This document shows, in pieces, positions 1 to 7,834 of a DNA stretch of 64,000 nucleotides. Position 1 is the first letter of the stretch. Every line of letters starts with the position of its first letter. The notes beneath the pieces were generated by a model. It had not been told where the DNA came from and made no database searches. It worked only from the letters and a program-made list of their open reading frames with translations. The stretch is from an uncultured Sphingomonas sp. (GTDB lineage: Bacteria > Pseudomonadota > Alphaproteobacteria > Sphingomonadales > Sphingomonadaceae), in the NCBI GenBank assembly GCA_913775025.1, contig CAJYJW010000086.1:27205-91204 (forward strand), written 5' to 3'. A program made the translations under genes and the position numbers.

Positions 1-274
1 TCTCGTTCACCCGGATCGCCGCGGTTTGAGTTGCATTGATAGCGCCTCGATAAGGTTTCAAGTCGCAGCCTTGATTCCAGCAAAGACTGGAAAGGCAGTC
101 GACCCGTAATTCGCGGAAGCGGCGTCGCGGTCGCCGATCGCAACGTCTGCGCCGGCCTCCGCGGGGGCTAGGGTCACCGCCTCGCCATCCCCGCAAGATG
201 GCCAGGATCAGTCTCACCTTTCTCGCGAGCCCGAGGCGTTCGCCAAGCTCGCGACAAATCCATCTGGGTGCGGA

Positions 275-1471
275 TCAGTCCCACGCAGCGGGAAAGCGGC
301 GAACGATGAGAAAGTTGATCGTCGGGAAATACTCTACCGGACCGACCAGGCGCAGCTTCGGGAGCCTGCGGATGAAGATGCGAAGCGCGATCGCCGCCTC
401 CATCCGGGCCGTCCAAGCGCCCGGACAGAAATGCGCACCGGTTCCGAACGCGATGTGGCGCTTGCCGTCCCGCCGATCGAGCCGGAATTCGTCTGGATCC
501 TCGAACATGTCCGGATCGCGATTGGCGCTGAGGACGGAGAACAACACGCGACTGTTCTGCGGGATCACCTCTCCCGCCATCTCGACGTCGCGGGTGGCGC
601 CCCGGAACATACCTATCGCCGGCGGATCGATGCGCAGCGTCTCTTCGATGGCATTCTCGACCAGATCCGGGCTTTCCTTCACCTGCTCCCACAGATGCGG
701 CCGGGCGAGGAGATGCTGCAACGTGTTCAGCATCAGCGCCCCGGTCGTGTCGACGCCGCCGATGAAGAAGCCGCGCACCGTCCGGCGCAATTCCTCGTTG
801 GTTAGATATCGTCCGTGATAGGTCGCGGTGAGCAGCACGGACGTCAGGCTGTCGTCGATCACCGTGCCGACATGCTCGCGATTTGGACTCTCGATGCCGG
901 CGTCTCGTAGCTGCTGCCGCTTGAAATCGAACTGCTCGTCGAAGAACGCGTATATTTCATCCATCACGCGTTTCTGGACGTCGGGGGCACGGATTATCGC
1001 GTCGAGAAAGGTGTCGGTCCAGCGGCGATAGGTGTCGACACGATCCTCGGGAAAGCCCAGCGCGCGCGCCGTCACCTTGGCCGGCACCGGCTTGCCGAAC
1101 AGCTCCTGCAGATCGCCCGAGCCCGAGCCCTCGAAGCCATCGATCACCTCGTTGGCGATGCGCTCGCAATCCCGAGCCCAACGTTTGACACCCGCCGGCG
1201 ACATATAGGCGTTGTAAAGGCGCTTGAACTCGTTGAAGGCAGGCGGATCCTGGTTGAGCGCGATCAAATGCTCCATCGGTGCAAGCTGGCTGCCCCAGCT
1301 TTTGGAGAAATGCTCGTGGTTCTCGAGCACCGCCTTTACATTTTCGAAGCCGGCCACGAGGTAGTATTCGCCGTCTGCCGACCGAGCGACCGGCGAGGTT
1401 TCCCGTAATGCACTGTGGAACCGCGGACGGTTCGCCATAGCTTCCGGTGTGCTGGCGTCGACGATCTTCAT
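275..1471 (-). CDS. cytochrome P450 monooxygenase
   Basis: ORF 275..1630 trimmed to the ATG at 1471 (MKIVDAS...), which has a GGAGAG SD just upstream. Motifs: I-helix GGVDTT, ExxR (EETLR), heme loop FGTGAHFCPG. Confidence 0.9.
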   Translation of the reverse strand: MKIVDASTPEAMANRPRFHSALRETSPVARSADGEYYLVAGFENVKAVLENHEHFSKSWGSQLAPMEHLIALNQDPPAFNEFKRLYNAYMSPAGVKRWARDCERIANEVIDGFEGSGSGDLQELFGKPVPAKVTARALGFPEDRVDTYRRWTDTFLDAIIRAPDVQKRVMDEIYAFFDEQFDFKRQQLRDAGIESPNREHVGTVIDDSLTSVLLTATYHGRYLTNEELRRTVRGFFIGGVDTTGALMLNTLQHLLARPHLWEQVKESPDLVENAIEETLRIDPPAIGMFRGATRDVEMAGEVIPQNSRVLFSVLSANRDPDMFEDPDEFRLDRRDGKRHIAFGTGAHFCPGAWTARMEAAIALRIFIRRLPKLRLVGPVEYFPTINFLIVRRFPAAWD

Positions 1472-1949
1472 GGTCTCTCCACTCAAACCACGCCGGGCAT
1501 CAGGCTCCCTCGCATGACGATTGCTATCGGTCGCCCCATCGAGGGTCGAGAGGATGAGCGACTTATCGCATCTGCGAAATGGGGTAGACCGAGCCGTTCG
1601 CCGCGCCCGGCACCGTGTAAATATCAACACGATTAAGACTCTGAGGCCGTCGCGTCGTTAATTTTACTCCCCGCTCAAGTCTTGTCGTCTCAGCGGATCG
1701 CGTCGATCCGCAAGGCGGCACGCATCATTGTCTGGATGGGCAAGCCGCGACCATTCGGCGGTAGGTGGCGAGATAGTGGCCGCAGCCGTGCAGCGTCTGA
1801 ATCGCCGAGGCGTCTGCTACTTCCATGTTCAGAATGTCTTTCACGCCCACATTCTGGTCGCGTCCATGTCGGACGGATGTCGATTCTGATCGTCCACCAT
1901 TTTGGCGAACACCTTGGGTTAGCCGGTCATGCGCTGCTCGGCTTGCTGG

Positions 1950-2732
1950 GGGGGGGATAGCCGAGGGGCGAGGGCATCCGATGCCGGTTGTAGGAGCCTT
2001 CAATGTATCCGGACAGCGCCTGTCGAGCCTTTGTCCGGGGCGCCCACCGGCATTGATGGATCAGTTCGACCGTGAGGGTACCGGGAACGAGGCCGTGGCA
2101 AGCCGTGCCCAGTCCGTAGATCGCGACGGCGATATGAACGTCTTTATAGGTGGCGATGCCGATGACGACGGCCTCAGGTGTGATGCCATGCGTGCGGATC
2201 CTCCAGGCGGGTGAAACCAGAAGGCGTTTCGCGAGCGGACAGGGCCGTGACGGGACGGCACTCCTCAGGCTCCTGTCAAGTCACGTCTCGCGACGCCCCG
2301 GGTGCAGCGCGGAGGGCACACAGATCAACGCCATGACACGTGGTCAATCGTAAGAACAGGTCAGGCCTACCAGACCGCATCGGTATACTCATAGTCTTAG
2401 CAGCTGCCGGTGCGGCTCATTGAGGACGTGGCGTGGATCGCCGACAGGCAATCGGCATAGGCCCCGGCGACATATCGCGACCCGCGATCCGAGTGGCAGA
2501 CGAGGCCGGGCGCTGGATGCTGCCGCTGAGCGGCCATCGTCACGGCAGGAAGTGGCAACTCGGCTCGCATATGGTCCCTGATGGCGCGCCTGGAGACGGC
2601 GCCCGTCACTGAGCAGCGCCACCGCCTCGCGCTTTCACTCCTCCGTAAACCGACGCTTCGTCCTAGTCGCCATCATACACCTCCTGGCTCCGCAAAGCCT
2701 GTCATCGGTGTTCGTCAAACCAGGGGACGATC
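1950..2732 (-). mobile_element. degraded IS3-family insertion sequence (left copy)
   Basis: Minus strand reads SD ggaggtg + ATG and an OrfA opening (..KREAVALLSDG..). This is fused directly to the rve integrase core (GLVCHSDRGSRYVAGAYADCLSAIHATSSMSRTGSC, then a stop). A detached C-terminal piece follows (TVELIHQCRWAPRTKARQALSGYIEGSYNRHRMPSPLGY, about 1955-2100). There are multiple stops and frameshifts. Positions 2614-2732 align with 21267-21385 in inverted orientation. Confidence 0.7.
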
Positions 2733-2925
2733 AAAATCGCTCGATATGAAGATGCTCTGGCGCAGAGCTACCGCCCCTGCCGACAACGATGTTGCGGACT
2801 CTGGAACCTGCCATCGCTGTTATCAGGCGAGCATTCGGGGATGATGCTCGCAAAGAGAAGCGGGCTCTCCCGAATGGAAGAGTCCGCAGCTGTTCATCAA
2901 CGCAACTTCGAGAGGATCGGTTTCG

Positions 2926-3300
2926 TCAGGCCATATTTGGCCCAGGATCAAGGAACGCGCGCATGGCAGCGATCCGTCCATCCTGCGCGAAGGAGAATAT
3001 CTCGATTACGCTTGTTTCGCTGACGTCGCCGCTCGGCAATGTTGCTTGAACCTGCATGTGCATCGCCGCCTCATGTCCGTTTGCGATCACGCGCAATGGT
3101 TTGAGCTGCACGCGAACCCCGGCGGCCTTTGTGCCGTCGAAGGACTGCTCCAGCGCCTCGCGCCCGCGCGGGGCGGCATCGGCCGGCTCCACGATCGTCG
3201 GCTGCTCGACGAACAGGGCTAGCCATCCCTCGCGATCGCCCTCGGTAAAGCGGCGCGCATACTCATGCGCGACCGCCGTCATCTGCTCAACCGTGGGCAT
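2926..3300 (-). CDS. SnoaL-like / NTF2-fold protein (ketosteroid-isomerase-like fold)
   Basis: 124-aa ORF. Its start overlaps the upstream P450 stop by 14 nt. Size and pattern (YARRFTEGDREGWLALF...DGRIAAMRAF) are typical of SnoaL/NTF2-like proteins. Confidence 0.8.
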   Translation of the reverse strand: MPTVEQMTAVAHEYARRFTEGDREGWLALFVEQPTIVEPADAAPRGREALEQSFDGTKAAGVRVQLKPLRVIANGHEAAMHMQVQATLPSGDVSETSVIEIFSFAQDGRIAAMRAFLDPGPNMA

Positions 3301-4516
3301 GACGATGCTCCGTCCCCTCGCTCGCAGCAGCGATCTTCGGCCCCGGCGTGAAGGTCACCCGCATGTGGCTCATGCCTCGATTGAGGCTGGGGAACCGCTC
3401 GGTTCCACCTTCGACAATCTGGTAATCGGGAAGACGGGCAAGCACGCGCTCGATCATCACCTCAAGTTCAACGATGGCGAGATGGCGGCCGAGGCAGAGA
3501 TGCGGGCCGTGCCCGAAGCCGACATGATGGCTCACCTTGCGATCCGCCTTGAACACGTCTGGCTCGGGAAACGCCTCCGGATCATGATTGGCGGCCAACC
3601 AATTAAGCTGGACGACATCGCCCTTTCGGAAGCGATGGCCGCCAATCTCGATCTCCTCGGTGACACCGCGCGAATGCTGCGGCACCGGGCTGACGAGCCG
3701 GACGAATTCGTTGATCGATCCTGGAATGCGCGATGGATCCTCCAGAAGGTAGCGCCTCAGAGCGGGATCGCGGCCGATCATGTTGAAGATATAGCCGCCG
3801 GCATTGGCCGTCGTATCAAGGCCGCCGAGGATTACGAGCATGACGAGGCCGCGCCATTCGTCGCGCGTGATCGGGCGGCCGTCGATCTCGAAATCGAGCA
3901 TCTGGCTCGGAACGTCGCTGCCCGGCGCGGCGCGCCTCATGTCGTAAAGTTCGGCGGTATAGTCCGTCATCTTGCGGGCGGCGTCCATATCCATCGTGGC
4001 CACGAACGATGCGGCCCAACCCTGGAATTCGCGACGGCGCTCTTGCGGCAGATGCAGCAGATCCGAGATCAGCACCGCCGGCAATTCGATGCTGTACTGG
4101 TCGGCCAGGTCACCCTCACCCGTTTCGATGAACTGATCGATGAGATCGTCGCAGATTTTGCGGATCTCGCCTTCCAGCCCCCGCGCCATCTTGGGTGTGA
4201 AGATGCGCTGAAGCGGCATGCGGAAATCGCGATGACGGGGATCATCGTCGGTGATCATCGGCTGGCGCAGCATCCCGTTATGATCGAACGGGAAGCCGGG
4301 GCCAGGGCCGTTCTCCAGCGCGCTGCTAAGCCGCATGTCGCGAGCGCCCTTCACGCAATCGGCGTATTTGGTCAGGATGTAATAGCCACCATGCTGATCG
4401 CTGTGACCTACTGGGCATCGGGTGCGCAAGGCCTGGAGATAAGGAATTGGATCTTCCATCGCGGCCATCTTGAGATGATCGTAGTCGGTCCAGTCGGGAC
4501 TCGGCGTGTCGGTCAT
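3287..4516 (-). CDS. cytochrome P450 monooxygenase
   Basis: 409-aa ORF. Motifs: I-helix GGLDTT, ExxR (EFVR), heme loop FGHGPHLCLG. Confidence 0.92.
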   Translation of the reverse strand: MTDTPSPDWTDYDHLKMAAMEDPIPYLQALRTRCPVGHSDQHGGYYILTKYADCVKGARDMRLSSALENGPGPGFPFDHNGMLRQPMITDDDPRHRDFRMPLQRIFTPKMARGLEGEIRKICDDLIDQFIETGEGDLADQYSIELPAVLISDLLHLPQERRREFQGWAASFVATMDMDAARKMTDYTAELYDMRRAAPGSDVPSQMLDFEIDGRPITRDEWRGLVMLVILGGLDTTANAGGYIFNMIGRDPALRRYLLEDPSRIPGSINEFVRLVSPVPQHSRGVTEEIEIGGHRFRKGDVVQLNWLAANHDPEAFPEPDVFKADRKVSHHVGFGHGPHLCLGRHLAIVELEVMIERVLARLPDYQIVEGGTERFPSLNRGMSHMRVTFTPGPKIAAASEGTEHRHAHG

Positions 4517-4537
4517 GGTATCTCCGTCAATCAGGCT

Positions 4538-5311
4538 TCAAAGCGGCTCGTCGCCACGCAACAGCACGTCGCTGCCGCCGTCCACGAAGGGGACTTGACC
4601 GACCAGAAAGCGATTCTCGGCGGACGCGAGGAATGCCAGCAGCGGCGCAATATCATCGGGCTCGGCATAATCGTCGACGGCGATCGGCACCGACTTGGCG
4701 AGCATCGCCCTACCGTCCGGGTCGGCGAGGATCGGGTTGGCCATCGCCGTCTTGATCGTGCCGGGCGCGACGCCGTTCAGGAGCACGCCCCGGCCGGCCC
4801 ATTCGGCGGCGGGTGCCGTACGGCGGATCCATTGGGTCAACGCGCGTTTGGACGAGGCATAAGCGGCGTTCCCGTCGCGCGCGCCGATCTCTCGCGCGCC
4901 GGCCTCGTCATCCGCCAGGCAGCGCGTGACAAGCGCCTCGACAGGCGGAAAAAGGGACGCGATCGAGGATATCACCACAGCCCGCGGCGACGGCGCCTCG
5001 GCCAGACGCGGCAGCAACCGGGTCAGCAGGCGGGTCGCGCCGAAGAAATTGACCGAGACGGCACGCGCGCCATCGTTCGGCAGCGACACGCCGGCACAGC
5101 AGATCACCGCATCGATCCGCGGCAGTTCCGAAAGGAGGCGATCGGCGGCCGCATCGCGGGCGGCGGCGTCCGCGAGATCGGCCGTCATATCGGCACCATG
5201 CAGATCAACCCCCACCACGCGCTCGCCGCGTGCCGCGAGCAGCTGCGACACTGATCGCCCGATGCCCGATCCGGCGCCGGTGACGATCGTCGTACGCGGC
5301 CCCGCCGTCAC
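4538..5311 (-). CDS. short-chain dehydrogenase/reductase (SDR)
   Basis: Motifs: TGAGSGIG Rossmann motif and YASSK (YxxxK). I prefer the GTG at 5311, which has GAGG 10 nt upstream and a GTGA overlap with the preceding small ORF. The track start (TTG 5329) is an alternative. Confidence 0.85.
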   Translation of the reverse strand: MTAGPRTTIVTGAGSGIGRSVSQLLAARGERVVGVDLHGADMTADLADAAARDAAADRLLSELPRIDAVICCAGVSLPNDGARAVSVNFFGATRLLTRLLPRLAEAPSPRAVVISSIASLFPPVEALVTRCLADDEAGAREIGARDGNAAYASSKRALTQWIRRTAPAAEWAGRGVLLNGVAPGTIKTAMANPILADPDGRAMLAKSVPIAVDDYAEPDDIAPLLAFLASAENRFLVGQVPFVDGGSDVLLRGDEPL

Positions 5312-5421
5312 GCGGCCACCGCCTCGCAAAGGACGTCCGTGGCCGTAACCGCCTGGCCGATCACACGGCTCATGGCGACCGCGTTGCTGCTGTCGATCGT
5401 GATCAAATCATAGTCCGCCAT
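5308..5421 (-). CDS. candidate 37-aa small protein (MADYDLITIDSSNAVAMSRVIGQAVTATDVLCEAVAA), unknown function
   Basis: The ATG at 5421 is preceded by GGGAGAG 5 nt upstream. By hand count, 31 of 36 codons end in G/C, like the flanking genes. The stop TGA overlaps the SDR GTG start (GTGA). No recognisable motif. Confidence 0.35.
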   Translation of the reverse strand: MADYDLITIDSSNAVAMSRVIGQAVTATDVLCEAVAA

Positions 5422-5507
5422 CACTGCTCTCCCGCTCGCGCCCTTTCCAGGCGTCCTCTCAATTCGGACAAAACGGAGGACGGTTCGCCGGCCTCCGGAC
5501 GGCACCA

Positions 5508-6287
5508 TCAATGGGTCAGCCCGGGCTTTGCCTCGACCGCTTTAAGATCATAGAGGTGCCCGCTCTTCAGCGAACCCGCCCGCGTCGCGCGTAGCGCGAA
5601 GCGTCGATATCGCGGCGAGTGGCCGGTGGCGGCGTGCATCTTCCGCCGATCCTCCCACACAACCGGATCGTTCGCGGCCAAGACGAAACCGTATTTCAGC
5701 GTGTGAGGGACGATGAAGCTGAGGATCTCATCGCTCTGCTCATCCAAGAAGCCAAGCACACGGGCGAAATAGGTCGGGCTGAGGGAGAGAGTTTCCTTAC
5801 CCGTCGCCGGATGCTCGATCATCATCGTATATACCGCCGGCCGGGAGCCGGACGTCGCCTCTCCGGTCGCCCAGCGGATGCCCGGCCAGTTTACGCCACG
5901 CGCCGTCTCGCAGCAGTCGAGGTGCGGCGTCTTTTCGACCTGCAATCCCGCGGTCTGGCGCGCCCAATCCTCCGGCAGCGCATCATAGGCGGCCGCCGTG
6001 TCGGAAAACAGCGTGACGTCACCTCCCTCGGGGCGCTCCAGCACAGGCAGCATCGAGCGCCTACAGGTATCGACCGTATACGCGCCGAAGCGGCGACTGA
6101 GCCAGGCATGCTGCGCGTTGTTTACCGGCGTGCCGCGGAAGACGGCGACGCCGTAGCGCATCCAGTCGGCATAGAGATTCCGCGTCAGATCGGCATCGCC
6201 CAGCCTGTTCAAGCCCAGATCCTGAATCATGGCCGCGACTGGCAGCGAATTGACGCGGTAGAATACCCTCTCGATCCTCCCACCCAT
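5508..6287 (-). CDS. TauD/TfdA-family Fe(II)/2-oxoglutarate dioxygenase-like protein (HxD motif not found; possibly inactive)
   Basis: 259-aa ORF with family landmarks: VAVFRG...RRFG, GGDVTLF..AAAYDALP, IEHPATGKETL and WEDRRKMHAATG (the WDNRxxxH equivalent). Only about 22 residues separate RRFG from GGD, and no HxD lies between them. Confidence 0.7.
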   Translation of the reverse strand: MGGRIERVFYRVNSLPVAAMIQDLGLNRLGDADLTRNLYADWMRYGVAVFRGTPVNNAQHAWLSRRFGAYTVDTCRRSMLPVLERPEGGDVTLFSDTAAAYDALPEDWARQTAGLQVEKTPHLDCCETARGVNWPGIRWATGEATSGSRPAVYTMMIEHPATGKETLSLSPTYFARVLGFLDEQSDEILSFIVPHTLKYGFVLAANDPVVWEDRRKMHAATGHSPRYRRFALRATRAGSLKSGHLYDLKAVEAKPGLTH

Positions 6288-6491
6288 TCAACCGATCTCT
6301 CTATGTGGTTCTCGTCCTCCCGATCAGGGCATCGAGCGCGCATGCTTAAGCGGCGCCGTGATAACCAAGTTCGTCGGATCGCTCATGAGGTGCTGATGTA
6401 GGATATGCGAGAGGCAAAGGATGTCAATCTGCATAACCAGACTTTAGTCCAATTCACACCTGCGATAGGAGCGCCTCTCATCGGGAACGGG

Positions 6492-6504
6492 GTTGCAATG
6501 CAAC
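6492..6504. promoter_or_regulatory. 13-bp perfect palindrome GTTGCAaTGCAAC in a divergent intergenic region
   Basis: Read directly. It lies in the 300-bp gap between the divergent TauD-like (-) and FAH-family (+) genes. Candidate operator only. Confidence 0.25.
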
Positions 6505-6588
6505 AATCGCGCGGCCAGCCTCATCGTCGGAGCCAGAGGCGACCGGGCTAGTCATCGGACGCGTGGCAATTAGAGCGAGCATCCCAGC

Positions 6589-7332
6589 ATGAAACTGGCG
6601 CGAATCGAATGGGCTGGCCGTAAGATTTGGGCCGAAATCGAGGATGGCATCGCCTATGAGGCGGAGGCGCCCGGCACATCATCCGCGCGTGGCGCCCGCC
6701 TCGGTTCCGCGGACGAGGGGCGGCGCCTTGCGCCCATCATGCCGCACAACAAGGTGATCGGGCTCCTCGACAATTTTGACGGCAAGAAGGATCGCAAGGG
6801 ACCGGGGCTTTTCCTCAAGCCGATGAGCGCGGTGATTGCGGACGGCGACATCATTCGCGCACCGCAGGATGTCGGCGCCCCGAACCAGGAAGCCGAACTG
6901 GGCGTGGTCATCGGCAAGCGTGCGACGCGGGTTTCCGTCGCGCATGCGCCTGCCCACATCCTGGGTTACGTCGTCACCAACGACGTGACCTGCTTTCCAG
7001 CGTTGGAGGCGGATGGTTTCACGTCGCTCTCGACGCGCTTTAAGATGTATGACGACTTCATGCCCATTGGGCCTTGGATCGATACCGGATTTGATCCGAG
7101 CGGCCGCGCGCTACGCTCGTTCGTCAACGGCGAGTTGAAACAGTCAGCAAATCTGGACGACATGGCGTTTAACGTCAGCGAGGTGGTCTCATGGGTCAGT
7201 CACGTGATGACGCTCGAGCCGGGAGATATCGTCAGCATGGGGACGTGCCCCGGCTTCGTGCCGCTTTCGCCCGGTGACGTGGTCCGCTGTGAGATCGATG
7301 GCCTCGGTTCGATAGAGAATCAGATCGGTTAA
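6589..7332 (+). CDS. fumarylacetoacetate hydrolase (FAH) family hydratase/decarboxylase/isomerase
   Basis: 247-aa ORF. FAH-family pattern: EAELGVVIGKRA, VTNDVT, GDIVSMGTCPG. Confidence 0.88.
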   Translation: MKLARIEWAGRKIWAEIEDGIAYEAEAPGTSSARGARLGSADEGRRLAPIMPHNKVIGLLDNFDGKKDRKGPGLFLKPMSAVIADGDIIRAPQDVGAPNQEAELGVVIGKRATRVSVAHAPAHILGYVVTNDVTCFPALEADGFTSLSTRFKMYDDFMPIGPWIDTGFDPSGRALRSFVNGELKQSANLDDMAFNVSEVVSWVSHVMTLEPGDIVSMGTCPGFVPLSPGDVVRCEIDGLGSIENQIG

Positions 7333-7834
7333 ACGTGTCGGCTTGTCCGACGCCGGCATTGCCTGCGCCATCCGACAAGACGAGCCGTGGACGCCACAAA
7401 TCGTACGCCGCATGCCCTAAGTCATAAAGCTACTACCTAGTCCCATTAGTGCTCGGGCAACTGAAACTGTAAGCTCTATTATCAATATCTATGAGAGACT
7501 TTTGTCAGCCTGGCGACCTGTCCAGTAGCAAGCGTTAATAACCGTGACTGAGTGTTTTTTAATCGCAAGTCAGCCTTGGCGACTATGCTCACGCTGCGAG
7601 CTACACGACATTTTTCTCTTGTAAGTGATGGTCTCATTCAGTTAGTGAAACTCACGTAAGTTTACGCTCGATATGCCCGCCCGGAGGGCGGGACAAGAAC
7701 GAATGGCAGAAGCTTCGTCGTGGAGCTTGCGGCCGCCTAATCTTTCGTAACGCCCATAGATAAAACGCAGACCGAAGAGCGGGACTCGTTGAGTCATAGA
7801 CTGAAGCATATAACGCGCAAAGAGGGGATTCTTG

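Noticed and set aside
1-170. Possible SDR-like fragment on the minus strand at the window edge (..AEAGADVAIGDRDAASA..)
   Set aside because: It is too short and lacks the Rossmann motif in frame. It cannot be distinguished from chance in GC-rich DNA.
3056-5254. 732-aa plus-strand ORF, one of the longest in the track
   Set aside because: It runs antisense across three well-supported minus-strand genes (SnoaL-like, P450, SDR). It is Arg/Ala/Gly-rich with no motif. This is a typical shadow ORF of high-GC DNA.
5308-5511. 67-aa version of the small ORF, starting at TTG 5511
   Set aside because: The first 30 codons (MMVPSGGRRTVLRFVRIERTPGKGASGRAV) overlap the TauD-like stop, are Arg/Gly-rich and lack an SD. 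The internal ATG at 5421 has a strong SD, so only the 37-aa version is proposed.
7333-7834. Possible cobalamin or other riboswitch upstream of the TonB-dependent receptor
   Set aside because: I could not find a B12-box-like element or any other riboswitch core I recognise, and the receptor does not look BtuB-like. It is reported only as an atypical AT-rich spacer.
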